NCBI GenBank assembly: GCA_963847445.1 | Contig: CAWJZV010000048.1 | Span: forward strand, 224,001-288,000 | Direction of reading: 5' to 3' | Source of the DNA: an uncultured delta proteobacterium | GTDB lineage: Bacteria > Desulfobacterota > Binatia > UBA9968 | Length of the DNA: 64,000 bases | In this document: one piece after another, positions 1-9,963 of the stretch | Position numbering within the stretch: the first letter of the stretch is position 1 | How the letters are laid out: the number at the start of each line of letters is the position of its first letter | Program-made: the position numbers and the translations under genes | The notes under the pieces: generated by a model | What the model saw: the letters and a program-made list of their open reading frames with translations, nothing else | Told to the model about the DNA's origin: nothing | Databases searched by the model: none

Positions 1-214
1 TGCTGTGGGCGTCGGCGTCGTTGGGCAGTTCCTGAACCGCTTTGGTCAAATGTCCCACTGCGCCTTTGTAATCCTTCGCATCGATCGCTTTGCGCGCCGC
101 CACGACGTTGGGATTTTCCGTTTTCCCTTTCGGCTCGGGCAAATCGGCAAACGCAATCGTCTGCCATGCCAACAATCCGACCGCAACAACCATGCAGCGA
201 AACCAATACTTCAT
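1..214 (-). CDS. Exported TPR-like protein, N-terminal part (runs off window start)
   Basis: Manual translation from ATG at 214: MKYWFRCMVVAVGLLAWQTIAFA-DLPEPKGKTENPNVVAARKAIDAKDYKGAVGHLTKAVQELPNDADAH; signal peptide with AxA site, TPR-like helix pattern, GGAGG RBS. Not in the ORF track. Confidence 0.7.
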   Translation of the reverse strand, partial: MKYWFRCMVVAVGLLAWQTIAFADLPEPKGKTENPNVVAARKAIDAKDYKGAVGHLTKAVQELPNDADAHS

Positions 215-346
215 AGAACCTCCGTTAAGTGGTTATCGATATCTTCGGATGTTACCCGTGAGCAAGCTGTCCCGCAATACTCAATCATGCCGATCTCTAT
301 CACTAGTCTCGTTCGTTAAGAAGAATGCGGCATTTAGTTCGGACTA

Positions 347-488
347 TCCCCTCTTTGGAAAAGAGGGGCCAGGGGAGATTTTCTTGCTTCCGAACGGCTC
401 CATCGTCGCAGAACATAACCGATCTACTGCGAGAAAACGCCCCACACGAGAAACAAATCCCCCTTGATCCCCCTTTTCCAAACGGGGA
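347..488. repeat. Inverted pair of palindromic repeats (REP/MITE-like)
   Basis: TCCCCTCTTTGGAAAAGAGGGGCCAGGGGAGATTT (347-381) and its imperfect inverse AAATCCCCCTTGATCCCCCTTTTCCAAACGGGGA (455-488). Confidence 0.7.
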
Positions 489-601
489 ATCGGTCATCGT
501 TAGCGATTCGCTTCTTCAGCTCCGTGTCTAGCCAATAACCAATGGGTGATTTCACCTAGCGCAACTTGATCTAGCTTTGCCCGGATCTCGCAAGTCGGCG
601 G

Positions 602-1619
602 CTATGCTGCTTTCTCAGCTCCGCTCTGACTTCGCGCAACATCGTTAGATCGACCAAGCGATCCGACGGAATCTCCGCGCGTGATGCCGGACTCCTGGCG
701 AATCTTGTCGATGATCGATTTCAAAACCGGCTCTTCGATATCGCCGTCGGGGTTGAGCACTTGCGCAGGATCTTGTAGGTATCGACGGCGACTTTCTGGC
801 TCCAGGCCGAAATCTTTCTGTAAATAGGCGACCACGTCAGTTTCGTTTTTGACGATCGCTTCCATGCTGCGCAAGGTGGCGCGGATCATCGCCTTGACCT
901 GCTCGCGGCTGATCTTTGAATGACTCACCCGCGCCACCAATGCCACCCTGCAGGTCGCGCACGTCGTAAGTGTTGCCGAGATCGACGTAGCCCGCCAACG
1001 TCGCCATCGAAGTATACGGCGGCGTCAGAATCACCGCGTCGGTCGGCTTTGGCCGAGCAGCGCCGTATAACTATTCGCCGTGGTGTTGGTCGAGACATAA
1101 GCAACCTTTTCGTTGCCGTCAGGCCATCTTCATCACCGTCATGCGCCGCGTAGTGCGCCAAAGAACCGATACCGCTGACCGAGACGTTTTTGATCCGCGC
1201 CGGCGTCATGCCGGGCTGACCGATCAGGCTGAAACTCAAGCGCGTTTGAATGAAATGTAATCCGTGCGCAGCGGCAAGCCCTTCATGGCGGCGCGCAAAG
1301 ACACTCCGCCGGCCGCGGCGTAGTCGACCTCGCCCGCCAGAAGCGCCGTCACGCCGAGGGGCGGGCGCATGACGATGATCTCCAGATCGATGCCTTCCCG
1401 CGCGAACAACCCCTTCGCTTTGCCGAAATAATACGGCAACAACGTCAGCGCCTTGGCCGGCACCGTCAGCCGCACTTTTTCCAGCGGCTTCCCTTGTTGC
1501 GCGCCGACCTTGGGCGGCATCGCAAGCAAGAAAGCCAGCAACAACAATTTCACTGCGCCTTTTGTCCAACGGCAGGGCGCCCCGCCGGTCGCCCCTACTC
1601 TGACGCCGCCAATCATCAT
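602..1619 (-). CDS. ABC transporter substrate-binding protein, NMT1/SsuA-like (frameshifted)
   Basis: Pieces in several frames: signal peptide + EKVRLTVPAKALTLLPYYFGKAKGLFAREGIDLEII (1236-1619), ILTPPY (837-1034), C-terminal part (602-946). Alternative start GTG at 1553. Confidence 0.75.
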
Positions 1620-1792
1620 AATTGTGTTCCCGTCAATTCGAATGTCGTTACCAGAGCCACGCCACCGCCACCCCCAGGGCGAATCATGATTCGCCCCTAC
1701 GTCGGATTTCCTCTAGGGATCGTTTTTTGCGCCCTTTGCGCTCTTTGCGGTGATACATTCTGCGAAGTCCGAGTCTTCTCATTTTTTGTAAT

Positions 1793-3235
1793 CTATGTGC
1801 CCTTTGTGGTTAAATCTCTTTCTTCCCCGCCAGAGCTCGCGGCAAATTTCTTCGTGACTTTGTCTTTCAACTCCTTGCTCGCGCCCGAGACTTTGGGAAA
1901 CTCGTTGATCCATTCATAGGGCCGGCAGGCGTCGATGATGCCGCGCGACTGGAAGCCGCGCTCGCTCGGCGGGATGATCGGATCGATGGGATTGCTCCAG
2001 CAGCGGCGCAGGATGTCGATGTCTTTCGCCGGGTCGGTGCGCGTGCACAGCGCCCACAGGAGTTCGTTGCTGTCCCAGATATCGATATCGTCGTCGACCA
2101 CCATGACGTAGCGTGTCAGCAGCGCCGCGGCGCGGCATTGCGACGCGATCAACGCCGCTTGCCGGGCATGGCCGGGATAGCGTTGCTTGATCGACAAGGC
2201 GACCAGCAAGCGGGTTTGATGATAGGCGACGCTGCGCACGTCCGGCACGCCGGCCTTGTCGAGGTAGTTCCAGATATAAGCGGCGCGGATCAAATTATTT
2301 TCCGCCCCCGGCGCCGGCTTGAACGGCGGCGCGCCGGTCATGATCGGATCGTTGCGGTACATGAGCCGCTTCACTTTGAGCATCGGCTCCGAGCGCAGAC
2401 CGCCGGCGTAGTAACCGGTGAACTCGCCGAACGGTCCTTCGGGGATACTCGTGCCGGGCAACACTTCGCCCTCGATGACGATTTCCGAATAGGCCGGGAT
2501 CGGCAGGCCGGTGTGTTTGCCCAGGATCACTTCATAGGGTTCGCCGCGCACGCCGCCGGCATAGTCGTATTCGGACTCGCCCGCCGGGATTTCCATCTGG
2601 CCGAAGAACCACAGCAGCGGATCGGGACCGAAACTGATGGCCACGGGAAACGGCTGGCCCTTGTCGAAATATTTTTGCCGGTGAATATGGCCGTGATGGC
2701 CCGGCGAGATGTAGAGCGCCAGCGTATCTTTATCGTGCACCATGACGCGGTAACAGCCGACGTTGATCCAGCCTTCGTCGGGGTCGCGGCTGATGGTCGT
2801 GTCCATGGAGCCGATGTAGCGGCCGCCGTCGCCCTCATGCCACCACGGCACCGGCAAGGACAATAGATCTATATCTTTGCCTTCGAAAACATTTTCCAAC
2901 ACCGGCCCGCTATCGACGACCCGCGGCGGCAGCAAGGTCGGATGGTCGAGACGCTTCTTCCAGGCGTCGATGAACTGATCGCGCGTGTAATCCAGCGGCA
3001 GATGGTTGGTCAAGCATTGGCGCTTGAGCGTCGGATTGTGCACGCCGGTGAGCACGCGCCGCCCCGCCGGATAGTCTTTGATCTTGTCGAACAGCACCGC
3101 CGGCGGCGGATTGGACTGCGCCGCGACTTCGGCCACCGCGCCGATCTCCTGGTTCCAGTCGGCGCCCTCCACCACCCGCAACTCGCCAAACGAATCGACG
3201 CCGTCCAACCATCCGCGCAGATCACGATAATGCAT
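1793..3235 (-). CDS. UbiD-family (prFMN-dependent) decarboxylase
   Basis: MHYRDLRGWL start with GGAGG RBS; INVGCYRVMV, SEIVIEGEV, PEGPFGEFTGYY (ExPxxE), VVDDDIDI, WALCTRTDP, IIDACRP motifs. Confidence 0.93.
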   Translation of the reverse strand: MHYRDLRGWLDGVDSFGELRVVEGADWNQEIGAVAEVAAQSNPPPAVLFDKIKDYPAGRRVLTGVHNPTLKRQCLTNHLPLDYTRDQFIDAWKKRLDHPTLLPPRVVDSGPVLENVFEGKDIDLLSLPVPWWHEGDGGRYIGSMDTTISRDPDEGWINVGCYRVMVHDKDTLALYISPGHHGHIHRQKYFDKGQPFPVAISFGPDPLLWFFGQMEIPAGESEYDYAGGVRGEPYEVILGKHTGLPIPAYSEIVIEGEVLPGTSIPEGPFGEFTGYYAGGLRSEPMLKVKRLMYRNDPIMTGAPPFKPAPGAENNLIRAAYIWNYLDKAGVPDVRSVAYHQTRLLVALSIKQRYPGHARQAALIASQCRAAALLTRYVMVVDDDIDIWDSNELLWALCTRTDPAKDIDILRRCWSNPIDPIIPPSERGFQSRGIIDACRPYEWINEFPKVSGASKELKDKVTKKFAASSGGEERDLTTKGT

Positions 3236-3347
3236 TCCGCCTCCTTCGAACCGTGGCGATCTTAGAACGGACAATGCCTCGGCACAACCGTTCAATGTCT
3301 CAATCGAGCATGGTGAGTATCACTCGCGACTAGGCGAAGTGAAGATC

Positions 3348-3458
3348 CGTCAGGCCGGCGCGGACCGGCATCGCACGCATCATCCATCTGGATACCGTTT
3401 TCCAACGGTATGCCGGACGCTGTCGGCCACTTGGGTTCCGGCTTCCGCCGGAATGACG
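3348..3458 (-). repeat. Composite three-hairpin REP-like element (copy 1)
   Basis: Reverse complement aligns with 40952-41066, sharing the core GACAGCGTCCGxCATACCGTxGxAAAACGGTATCCAGA. Confidence 0.7.
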
Positions 3459-3616
3459 GATGGGGAAACGACTTCGAGTCGGAAGATTAACAATCCCTCT
3501 GTTTGGAGCGAAGCGTTGTTCAACTCCATACTTTCGCGCAGCGGGTTGTTTGTATATAGTTACGCCATCGATCCGGACCGTGCGCCGAAAAGCAAAACCA
3601 TCGGAGGACAATTTCC

Positions 3617-4900
3617 ATGTCGAAACCTTATCTAAATCGCACTGTCCTCGCGGCCAGCCTCGCCGTGGTTTGGTCCTGCGCAACGGCGACCGACAGTCCG
3701 CCGCAGCGCTACGCCGCCGGCACCGGCCCGGCCGACCAACTTCAGTTGCCCGCGCCATTCGACACGCCGTCGGTGCGCAACCAATCGAAAGTGATCGGCT
3801 GGCCCCAAGGCAGAACGCCCACGGCCGCGCCGGGCTTCGAAGTCAGCCTGTTCGCCGACAAACTCGCCAATCCGCGTCAGACCTATGTGCTGCCAAACAA
3901 AGACGTCCTCGTGGTGGAAAGCATTCGCGAGTGGCCCGGCCGCGCCGATCGGCCGGAAAAGTCGGCCAATCGCATCACGCTGTTCCGCGACACCGACAAC
4001 GACGGCAAGCCCGACTTGCGGGAAACCTTTCTCACGGATTTGAACATGCCCGAAGGCATGCTGCTGCTCGGCAATTGGTTCTATGTCGGCAACACCGACG
4101 CCGTGGTTCGCTATCCCTATCGCGCCGGACAGACGAAGATCGACGGCAAAGGCGAAAAGATTATCGATCTGCCGGCCGGCGGCCATCACACCCGCACGCT
4201 CAGCGCCGATCCGGCGGGCAAGAAAATTTACGTCGCCATCGGCTCCGCCTCCAACGTCGACGAAGAAAACGCTTGGGAAAAAGATCAACGGCGCGCCGGT
4301 ATTATCGAAATCAATCCCGACGGCAGCGGCATGCGGATATTCGCCAGAGGTCTGCGCAATCCCGTCGGCATGGACTGGGAACCGAGAACCAAGACTCTCT
4401 GGACCGTCGTCAATGAACGCGATTTACTCGGCGACGATCTCGTGCCGGACTATCTCACCAGCGTGAAAGACGGCGCGTTTTACGGCTGGCCCTACTCGTA
4501 CTTTGGCCCGATCGAAGACCCGCGCAAGAAAGGCCAACGCCCCGACCTCGTCGCCAAAGCGATCAAACCCGACTACGCCTTGGGCTCGCACACCGCGTCA
4601 CTCGGCTTGGCATTCTACAACGGCAAAGCATTTCCTCAACGCTATCAAGGCGGCGCGTTCATCGGCATGCACGGCTCGTGGAACCGCTCCAAGATGGTCG
4701 GCTACAAAGTCGCGTTCGTGCCGTTCGCCAACGGCAAACCCGCCGGACCCATCGAAGACATCCTCACCGGCTTCATCGCCGACGAGAGCAAGTTCGAAGC
4801 CTACGGCCGGCCGGTCGGCGTCACCGTCTTACCTGACGGCTCGCTGCTCGTCGCCGACGACAGCGGCGGCAAAGTCTGGCGCGTCACGGCAAAGAAATAA
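3617..4900 (+). CDS. L-sorbosone dehydrogenase / PQQ-dependent sugar dehydrogenase family beta-propeller protein, exported
   Basis: Signal peptide; GLRNPVGMDW, VNERDLLGDDLVPDYLT, YGWPYSY, GSWNRS, GRPVGV motifs; GGAGG RBS. Confidence 0.9.
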   Translation: MSKPYLNRTVLAASLAVVWSCATATDSPPQRYAAGTGPADQLQLPAPFDTPSVRNQSKVIGWPQGRTPTAAPGFEVSLFADKLANPRQTYVLPNKDVLVVESIREWPGRADRPEKSANRITLFRDTDNDGKPDLRETFLTDLNMPEGMLLLGNWFYVGNTDAVVRYPYRAGQTKIDGKGEKIIDLPAGGHHTRTLSADPAGKKIYVAIGSASNVDEENAWEKDQRRAGIIEINPDGSGMRIFARGLRNPVGMDWEPRTKTLWTVVNERDLLGDDLVPDYLTSVKDGAFYGWPYSYFGPIEDPRKKGQRPDLVAKAIKPDYALGSHTASLGLAFYNGKAFPQRYQGGAFIGMHGSWNRSKMVGYKVAFVPFANGKPAGPIEDILTGFIADESKFEAYGRPVGVTVLPDGSLLVADDSGGKVWRVTAKK

Positions 4901-5127
4901 CCAACGAGAAGAAGATGTTACAACACAGAGCGCACGGAGATCACAGAGCAAGTGCCGGTCGCGAGCAGCCCCGTTGGAAATCGAATAATTTACCGCAGAG
5001 TACGCGAAGGGCGCAAAGTTCCGAGCTCTTTGTAGCGTATGGCATACGCCCTTCCTCACAGCGAAGGATGAACTTTGGTTTCACCGCGAAGGGCACCAAG
5101 GTTCGGATAATTTGAAATCCGACCTTC

Positions 5128-5571
5128 GTGACCAACGTCAAAGCTGGCGCGCTCTACGGCTGGCCCTATTCGTATTTCGGCCAGAACGAAGATCCACGCA
5201 AAAAAGGCCAACGCCCCGACCTGGTCGCCAAACCGATCAATCCGGACTTCGCCCTAGGCGTCCATACCGCGCCGCTGCGGCTGGCATTCTACAACGGTAA
5301 ATCCTTCCCGCGCGCTACCAGGGCGGCGCCTTCGTCGGCCTGCATGGATGATGGAATAGATCGAGATTGGTCGGTTACAAGGTTGTTTTTGTGTCTTTCG
5401 CCAACGGTAAGCCAAGCGGCGCCATGGAAGACTTCCTCATCGGCTTCTTGCCCAACCCAAAAGCCTACGAAGTCCACGGCCGCCCGGTCGGCGTCGCCGT
5501 CTGGACCGACGGCTCGCTGCTCGTCCGCGACGACGGCAGCAATAAAGGCTGGCGTCAGCGTGAAGAAATAG
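5128..5571 (+). pseudogene. C-terminal fragment of a second sorbosone dehydrogenase-family gene
   Basis: YGWPYSYFGQNEDPRKKGQRPDLVAK and, after a frameshift, VGYKVVFVSFANGKP...GRPVGVAV match the last third of 3617-4900; no N-terminal part. Confidence 0.8.
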
Positions 5572-5874
5572 GCAGCGGGCAAGAGTCAACAGCTTGACGA
5601 AAATCCGGCAAAGTTCGAACTTTAAACTTCGTCATATTCCTTTCACGACTCGTTTCGTGGTCCAGAAGTTCATAGAATCCTGCTATCGTCATGCCGGCGA
5701 ATGCCGGCATCCATCTTCATCTTCGGTTCGCCGGCGATAAATCTGGATTCCGGCTGCGCGGGAATGACGGAAAAGGCTTTGCGGTTTTTGCCCGCAATCT
5801 TGAGACAACTCACTAGCGGCAGCAACCGCGATTCAACGATCTTCCCACCACTCCACTACTCCAACACTGCTTGC

Positions 5875-6624
5875 TCACGTCCTGCCCACTTCCAACAACT
5901 GCCCGGAGACATAATCGGAGTCGCTGGTGGCAAAAAACAGAAACGCCGGCGCGATCGCTTCCGGCGGCACCAACTCCCGTTCGCGCCGGGCGATGCCCAA
6001 CTGTTCGCGGCGGAACTTGGTCAGCTCCTCGGTCATGCGCGTGTCGGCCGCCGGCGAGATGCAGTTGACCTGGATGTTGTGCGACTTGAGTTCGTTGGCG
6101 GCATTTTTGGTCAAGGCGATGATACCGCCCTTGGCCGCCGCATAGTCGGCGACGCCGTAGGAGCCGCGCAATGCCGAAGGCGCGGCGAGATTGATGATCT
6201 TGCCTTTCTGCTGTTGCTTCATGATCGGGATCACCGCTTGGGTGCAATTGAACGTGCCCTTCAAGTGCACGCCCAAGGTCTCGTCCCAGCGTTCTTCGGT
6301 GATATTTTCCAGCGGTGCTAGTCGGAGAATGCCGGCGTTATTCACCAGCACATCGATACGCCCCCACTTGGCGAGCATCGTTTGCACCAGCTTGTCGATG
6401 TCGCCGCGGCGCGTCACGTCGGCGAGCATGGAGATACAATCGCCACCCAGCGCGGTGATATCCCGCTCGGCTCTTTCCAGCGTATCGCGATCCTGCACCG
6501 CCGTGATCGCCACCCGTGCCCCCTCCCTTGCAAACCTCAGCGCCACTGCCCGGCCGATGCCGCGGCTACCGCCGGTGACGATCGCCACTTGTCCGTCGAG
6601 TCTACCCATAAGAATATTGCGCAC
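5875..6624 (-). CDS. SDR family NAD(P)-dependent oxidoreductase
   Basis: TGGSRGIG, NNAG, YAAAK motifs; probable start at 6609. Confidence 0.93.
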   Translation of the reverse strand: MRNILMGRLDGQVAIVTGGSRGIGRAVALRFAREGARVAITAVQDRDTLERAERDITALGGDCISMLADVTRRGDIDKLVQTMLAKWGRIDVLVNNAGILRLAPLENITEERWDETLGVHLKGTFNCTQAVIPIMKQQQKGKIINLAAPSALRGSYGVADYAAAKGGIIALTKNAANELKSHNIQVNCISPAADTRMTEELTKFRREQLGIARRERELVPPEAIAPAFLFFATSDSDYVSGQLLEVGRT

Positions 6625-6719
6625 TCCTTTGCTGCTGGTGAAATTAGTCTAGAAGACGACAATTGCGCAAGCTCAGCGAGTTTGGTACGAAGCGCCATCG
6701 GATTGCATGAGGTGTCTTT

Positions 6720-7706
6720 ATGCCGCGACCCTGCGCATTAGCTATGACGATAGTCCTGTTAAGCGCGCTGTTCTTAGCGCCGGCCTCGGCGCAAATGAAA
6801 GTGCGGCTAAACTGGTCGGCCATCGCCGCCGGCCAGAGCGGCATCTGGATCGCCCATGACGAGGGACTTTTCAAGAAAAACGGCCTCGACGTCGAGCTGC
6901 TGCATATTCCGTCGAGCTCCCTGATCATTCAAACTATTCTTGCCGGCGAGGTTGCGATTTCCTATGTCGACGGGCGCAACACGATTCAGTCCAACCTAAC
7001 CGGTTCCGATATGGTGCTCATCGCCGGCGTGACCAATCGCTTTCCCTTCACTTTCATGGCGCGCCCGGAATTCAAGCGCGTCAGTGAATTGCGCGGCAAA
7101 CGCATCGGCGTCACCCGCGTCGGCTCCTCGACCCACACCGTGACGCTCTACGTGCTCAACCAGGCCGGACTCAAACCGGGCGACTACGAAATAGTTCCTT
7201 TGGGTGAAGTGCCGAATATCTTGATCGCCCTCGCCGCCGGCAGGATCGACGCCGGCCCGCTGTCGTCGCCAACGACCATCCGCGGGCGCAAGGCCGGCTT
7301 AGTCGAACTCGCGACTCCGGCGAAAGACGGTCCGGAATATGTTTCCATCGCCGTCGGCGCCACCCGCGCCTACATTCGCAGCAATCCGGAAATCGTCCGC
7401 CGCTTCATGCGCGCCTACGCCGAAGCCGTGCATCTTTTCAAATCCAACAAACCGATAGCGCTAAAAACATTGCAAAAATACACCCGCGTCACCGACCTGG
7501 AGATCCTCGAAGAAACCCATAAAGAATATCGCGAGTTGATCGAATCGGTCCCCTACCCGAGTCGCCGCGGCATCGAAACCATCCTCGCCGAGTTGGCCGC
7601 CAGCGATCCCAAAGCGCGCCAAGCCAAGCCGGATGATTTCGTCGACCGGCGATTCGTCGCGGAGCTAGAGCGAGACGGGTTCTTCAAGAAGCTGGGAGCA
7701 AAGTAG
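6720..7706 (+). CDS. ABC transporter substrate-binding protein, NMT1/SsuA-like
   Basis: Signal peptide; EGLFKKNGLDVEL, LRGKRIGVTRVGSST, DFVDRRFV. Confidence 0.88.
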   Translation: MPRPCALAMTIVLLSALFLAPASAQMKVRLNWSAIAAGQSGIWIAHDEGLFKKNGLDVELLHIPSSSLIIQTILAGEVAISYVDGRNTIQSNLTGSDMVLIAGVTNRFPFTFMARPEFKRVSELRGKRIGVTRVGSSTHTVTLYVLNQAGLKPGDYEIVPLGEVPNILIALAAGRIDAGPLSSPTTIRGRKAGLVELATPAKDGPEYVSIAVGATRAYIRSNPEIVRRFMRAYAEAVHLFKSNKPIALKTLQKYTRVTDLEILEETHKEYRELIESVPYPSRRGIETILAELAASDPKARQAKPDDFVDRRFVAELERDGFFKKLGAK

Positions 7707-7773
7707 TTAAACCGGCAACATATAAATGCCCGTCCCCAGCCCTGGGGGAAGCAAGACGGCGCCGCCTGGTAGC

Positions 7774-8859
7774 TTAGATGAGCTTTTTCTCAAGCAGGAA
7801 TCTGTAGATTACTTGCGCAACGAGACTATGTCCCTTTTCATTCCAATGAATGTCTACCGGAAAATAGAATGCTTCTCCGCGCAATCCTCGCGCTTTTAAC
7901 GTTGGAGTTAAATCGAGGCACAAAAGATTGCGCGCGCCGCAATACGCCGCAATTGTTTTATTGAGTCGGTTAACGCGTTCTTTAAAGACGTCAGTCGACT
8001 TTATTCGTTCCTTGGCGAGTTCCCAATACACTTCTTCTTTTTGTGGGAAGTAAAGCAGGATGAAGGTTGCGTTAGTGCGTTTGCTCTCTTGGTAAGCATC
8101 TTCAATCTGCCTTGCTATGCCAGCCCAGGCTGACGCAAATTCTTGATCTGCAATTGCGTACGGATCGCGCAACCGTCGATCCAGCAGCTTGAGACCGATC
8201 GTGTGTCGCCGGTCATTTGTCCCGCCTTTGTTAAGGGAGCGGAAGACGGTGTTAAAAATATTGTAGCTGGCCGAGTAACGCGCCATGAATCCTTTTGCGG
8301 TCATCCGTTGTTTGCGATTGACCGGCGGCGCTTCAAAACGTACCCCATCCCTCAGGTCATTGGAGAACAGCGCATAGAAAACAACCTTGGGACGCAACCG
8401 CACTCCATATTTTTGCAAAACTCGCGTGTACTGATGCGGGCCATGGCCGGGCACGCCAAAATTTATGATCTCGCGATTTGTCAGTCGCGCCAGCTGCGCC
8501 ACCCACGTCGCCTCTTGGTCAACGCCTGCGCCAAATGTGAACGAATCTCCAAAGGCGGCTCCCCAAGCAGGGCCGCCTAAGGTTCCGCCGCGAAACCCTG
8601 CGCTGGGAAAATTCAATCGGGTTTGTATCCGGAAGCTGAACTCCTCGCCGGGGAAATAGTAATCAGTTTGGGGCCGGATCATATTGCCAATTGGCGGATC
8701 CTTGACGTAGTAGGTGTCTCCTTCCATCAGAACAACCAGATTTCGCAATGGGCCGGGCAAGAGATGACTCGGCAAAAGATAGACGGTAAGATCGAAAGCG
8801 CCCAAGGTAAACAAGGTGCTCAACAGCACGAGCGCCGTTTTAGCGAGAAAGCTTTTCAC
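7774..8859 (-). CDS. SGNH/GDSL hydrolase-like (AlgX/AlgJ-like) membrane-anchored protein
   Basis: N-terminal TM; GDSFTFG (block I), NFGVPG, NDL, DIHWN (DxH); lower GC than neighbours. Confidence 0.85.
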   Translation of the reverse strand: MKSFLAKTALVLLSTLFTLGAFDLTVYLLPSHLLPGPLRNLVVLMEGDTYYVKDPPIGNMIRPQTDYYFPGEEFSFRIQTRLNFPSAGFRGGTLGGPAWGAAFGDSFTFGAGVDQEATWVAQLARLTNREIINFGVPGHGPHQYTRVLQKYGVRLRPKVVFYALFSNDLRDGVRFEAPPVNRKQRMTAKGFMARYSASYNIFNTVFRSLNKGGTNDRRHTIGLKLLDRRLRDPYAIADQEFASAWAGIARQIEDAYQESKRTNATFILLYFPQKEEVYWELAKERIKSTDVFKERVNRLNKTIAAYCGARNLLCLDLTPTLKARGLRGEAFYFPVDIHWNEKGHSLVAQVIYRFLLEKKLI

Positions 8860-9390
8860 GATTTCTTTACTTTGAAACTAAGACTTAATGCGAGAAATAC
8901 GGTGTCAACGCCGCAGCGAAATGTCCTAGCTGACGCCAGCGGTAATATGGCCACCGCAGCCAACCCGAAACACAAGAGAAATCGTCGCTAGGAAGAGCAT
9001 CCAAATCTGCCGATGCATATTCAATAATCATATACGCGAGAATTTTATGGCGCAAGCATTTCGTCGTTGGCCGCAGCTCCATCGCGGCGCATCTTGCATC
9101 CCGCTATTTCTTATATAGCCGGTCGAAATCTCCGATATCATCGAGCTCGTTGATAAAACGCAGAACGGCAAAATCTTCGGCCTTCGCTCCGTTGGCTCTC
9201 AGGTCTCGCCATGATCGTATTCAATCCCTCCGAGGTCGCGCTTGATACATCGCCGGCGGCGCCAGCACGGTGGTCTGCACGCGTTGGTTTCCATGGCGTG
9301 CGGTCGCCCCTCTCAGAGAGCAGACACAGGGATTTGCCCTTTGACGATGCGTTGAATCCAGAGTGGACCACTGCCGGTATCCCTTTCCGC

Positions 9391-9421
9391 TTGACTGCGC
9401 ATACCCATTCCCTGTTAAAGT
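9391..9421 (+). promoter_or_regulatory. Possible sigma-70 promoter of the GlcG-Rdh operon
   Basis: TTGACT, 19-bp spacer, TGn-TAAAGT extended -10, 40 nt upstream of ATG 9461; spacer is long. Confidence 0.35.
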
Positions 9422-9460
9422 AGCCGTAACAGCACAGCAGGAGGAGGTTCCCCGGCAACT

Positions 9461-9862
9461 ATGGCTATACCTGGAGAAAAAGCGATTCAGATGGTGCGCA
9501 ATGCGCATACCCAAGCGGCGCAGTTGGACATTGCCGTGACTGCGGTGGTGGTCGACCAGAGTGGTCGCATGATCGCGCTCGGGCGCATGGACAAAGCGCG
9601 GCCGATCACGGTAGAGATCGCCCTTAACAAAGGTTACACTGCGGCGAGCTTCCAGCAGCAGACCAAAGACTTGGCCGGCGTGGCCAACCAAGCCTGGTTT
9701 CAAAGTCTGGTGGTGTCGAGCAGCGGCAAAGTAATGCCGGGTGGCGGCGCCATACCGGTGGTCGAAGGCGGCAACGTCGTCGGCGCCATCGCAGTCTCGG
9801 GCGGCACCGACGATCAAGATCAAAAATGCGCCGAAGTGGCGCTGGCGGCTTATCAAGGATGA
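9461..9862 (+). CDS. GlcG/HbpS family (heme/cobalamin-binding) protein
   Basis: VVVDQSG, RMDKA, KGYTAA, GGAIP, GAIAVSGG, DQKCA motifs; GGAGGAGG RBS; no signal peptide. Confidence 0.9.
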   Translation: MAIPGEKAIQMVRNAHTQAAQLDIAVTAVVVDQSGRMIALGRMDKARPITVEIALNKGYTAASFQQQTKDLAGVANQAWFQSLVVSSSGKVMPGGGAIPVVEGGNVVGAIAVSGGTDDQDQKCAEVALAAYQG

Positions 9863-9963
9863 AGTGACAGTGATGCGAGACAGAGACCGCCCCGGCGCTT
9901 TCTTAACTTTCTTTCTCTGTCTCTATCTCATGGCTCTGTCTGACTAAACCCGGAGGGCAAACG

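Noticed and set aside
9140-9460. Cobalamin riboswitch upstream of the B12-enzyme operon
   Set aside because: Looked for the conserved GGGAA / B12-box elements and could not find them; an Rfam scan would settle it.
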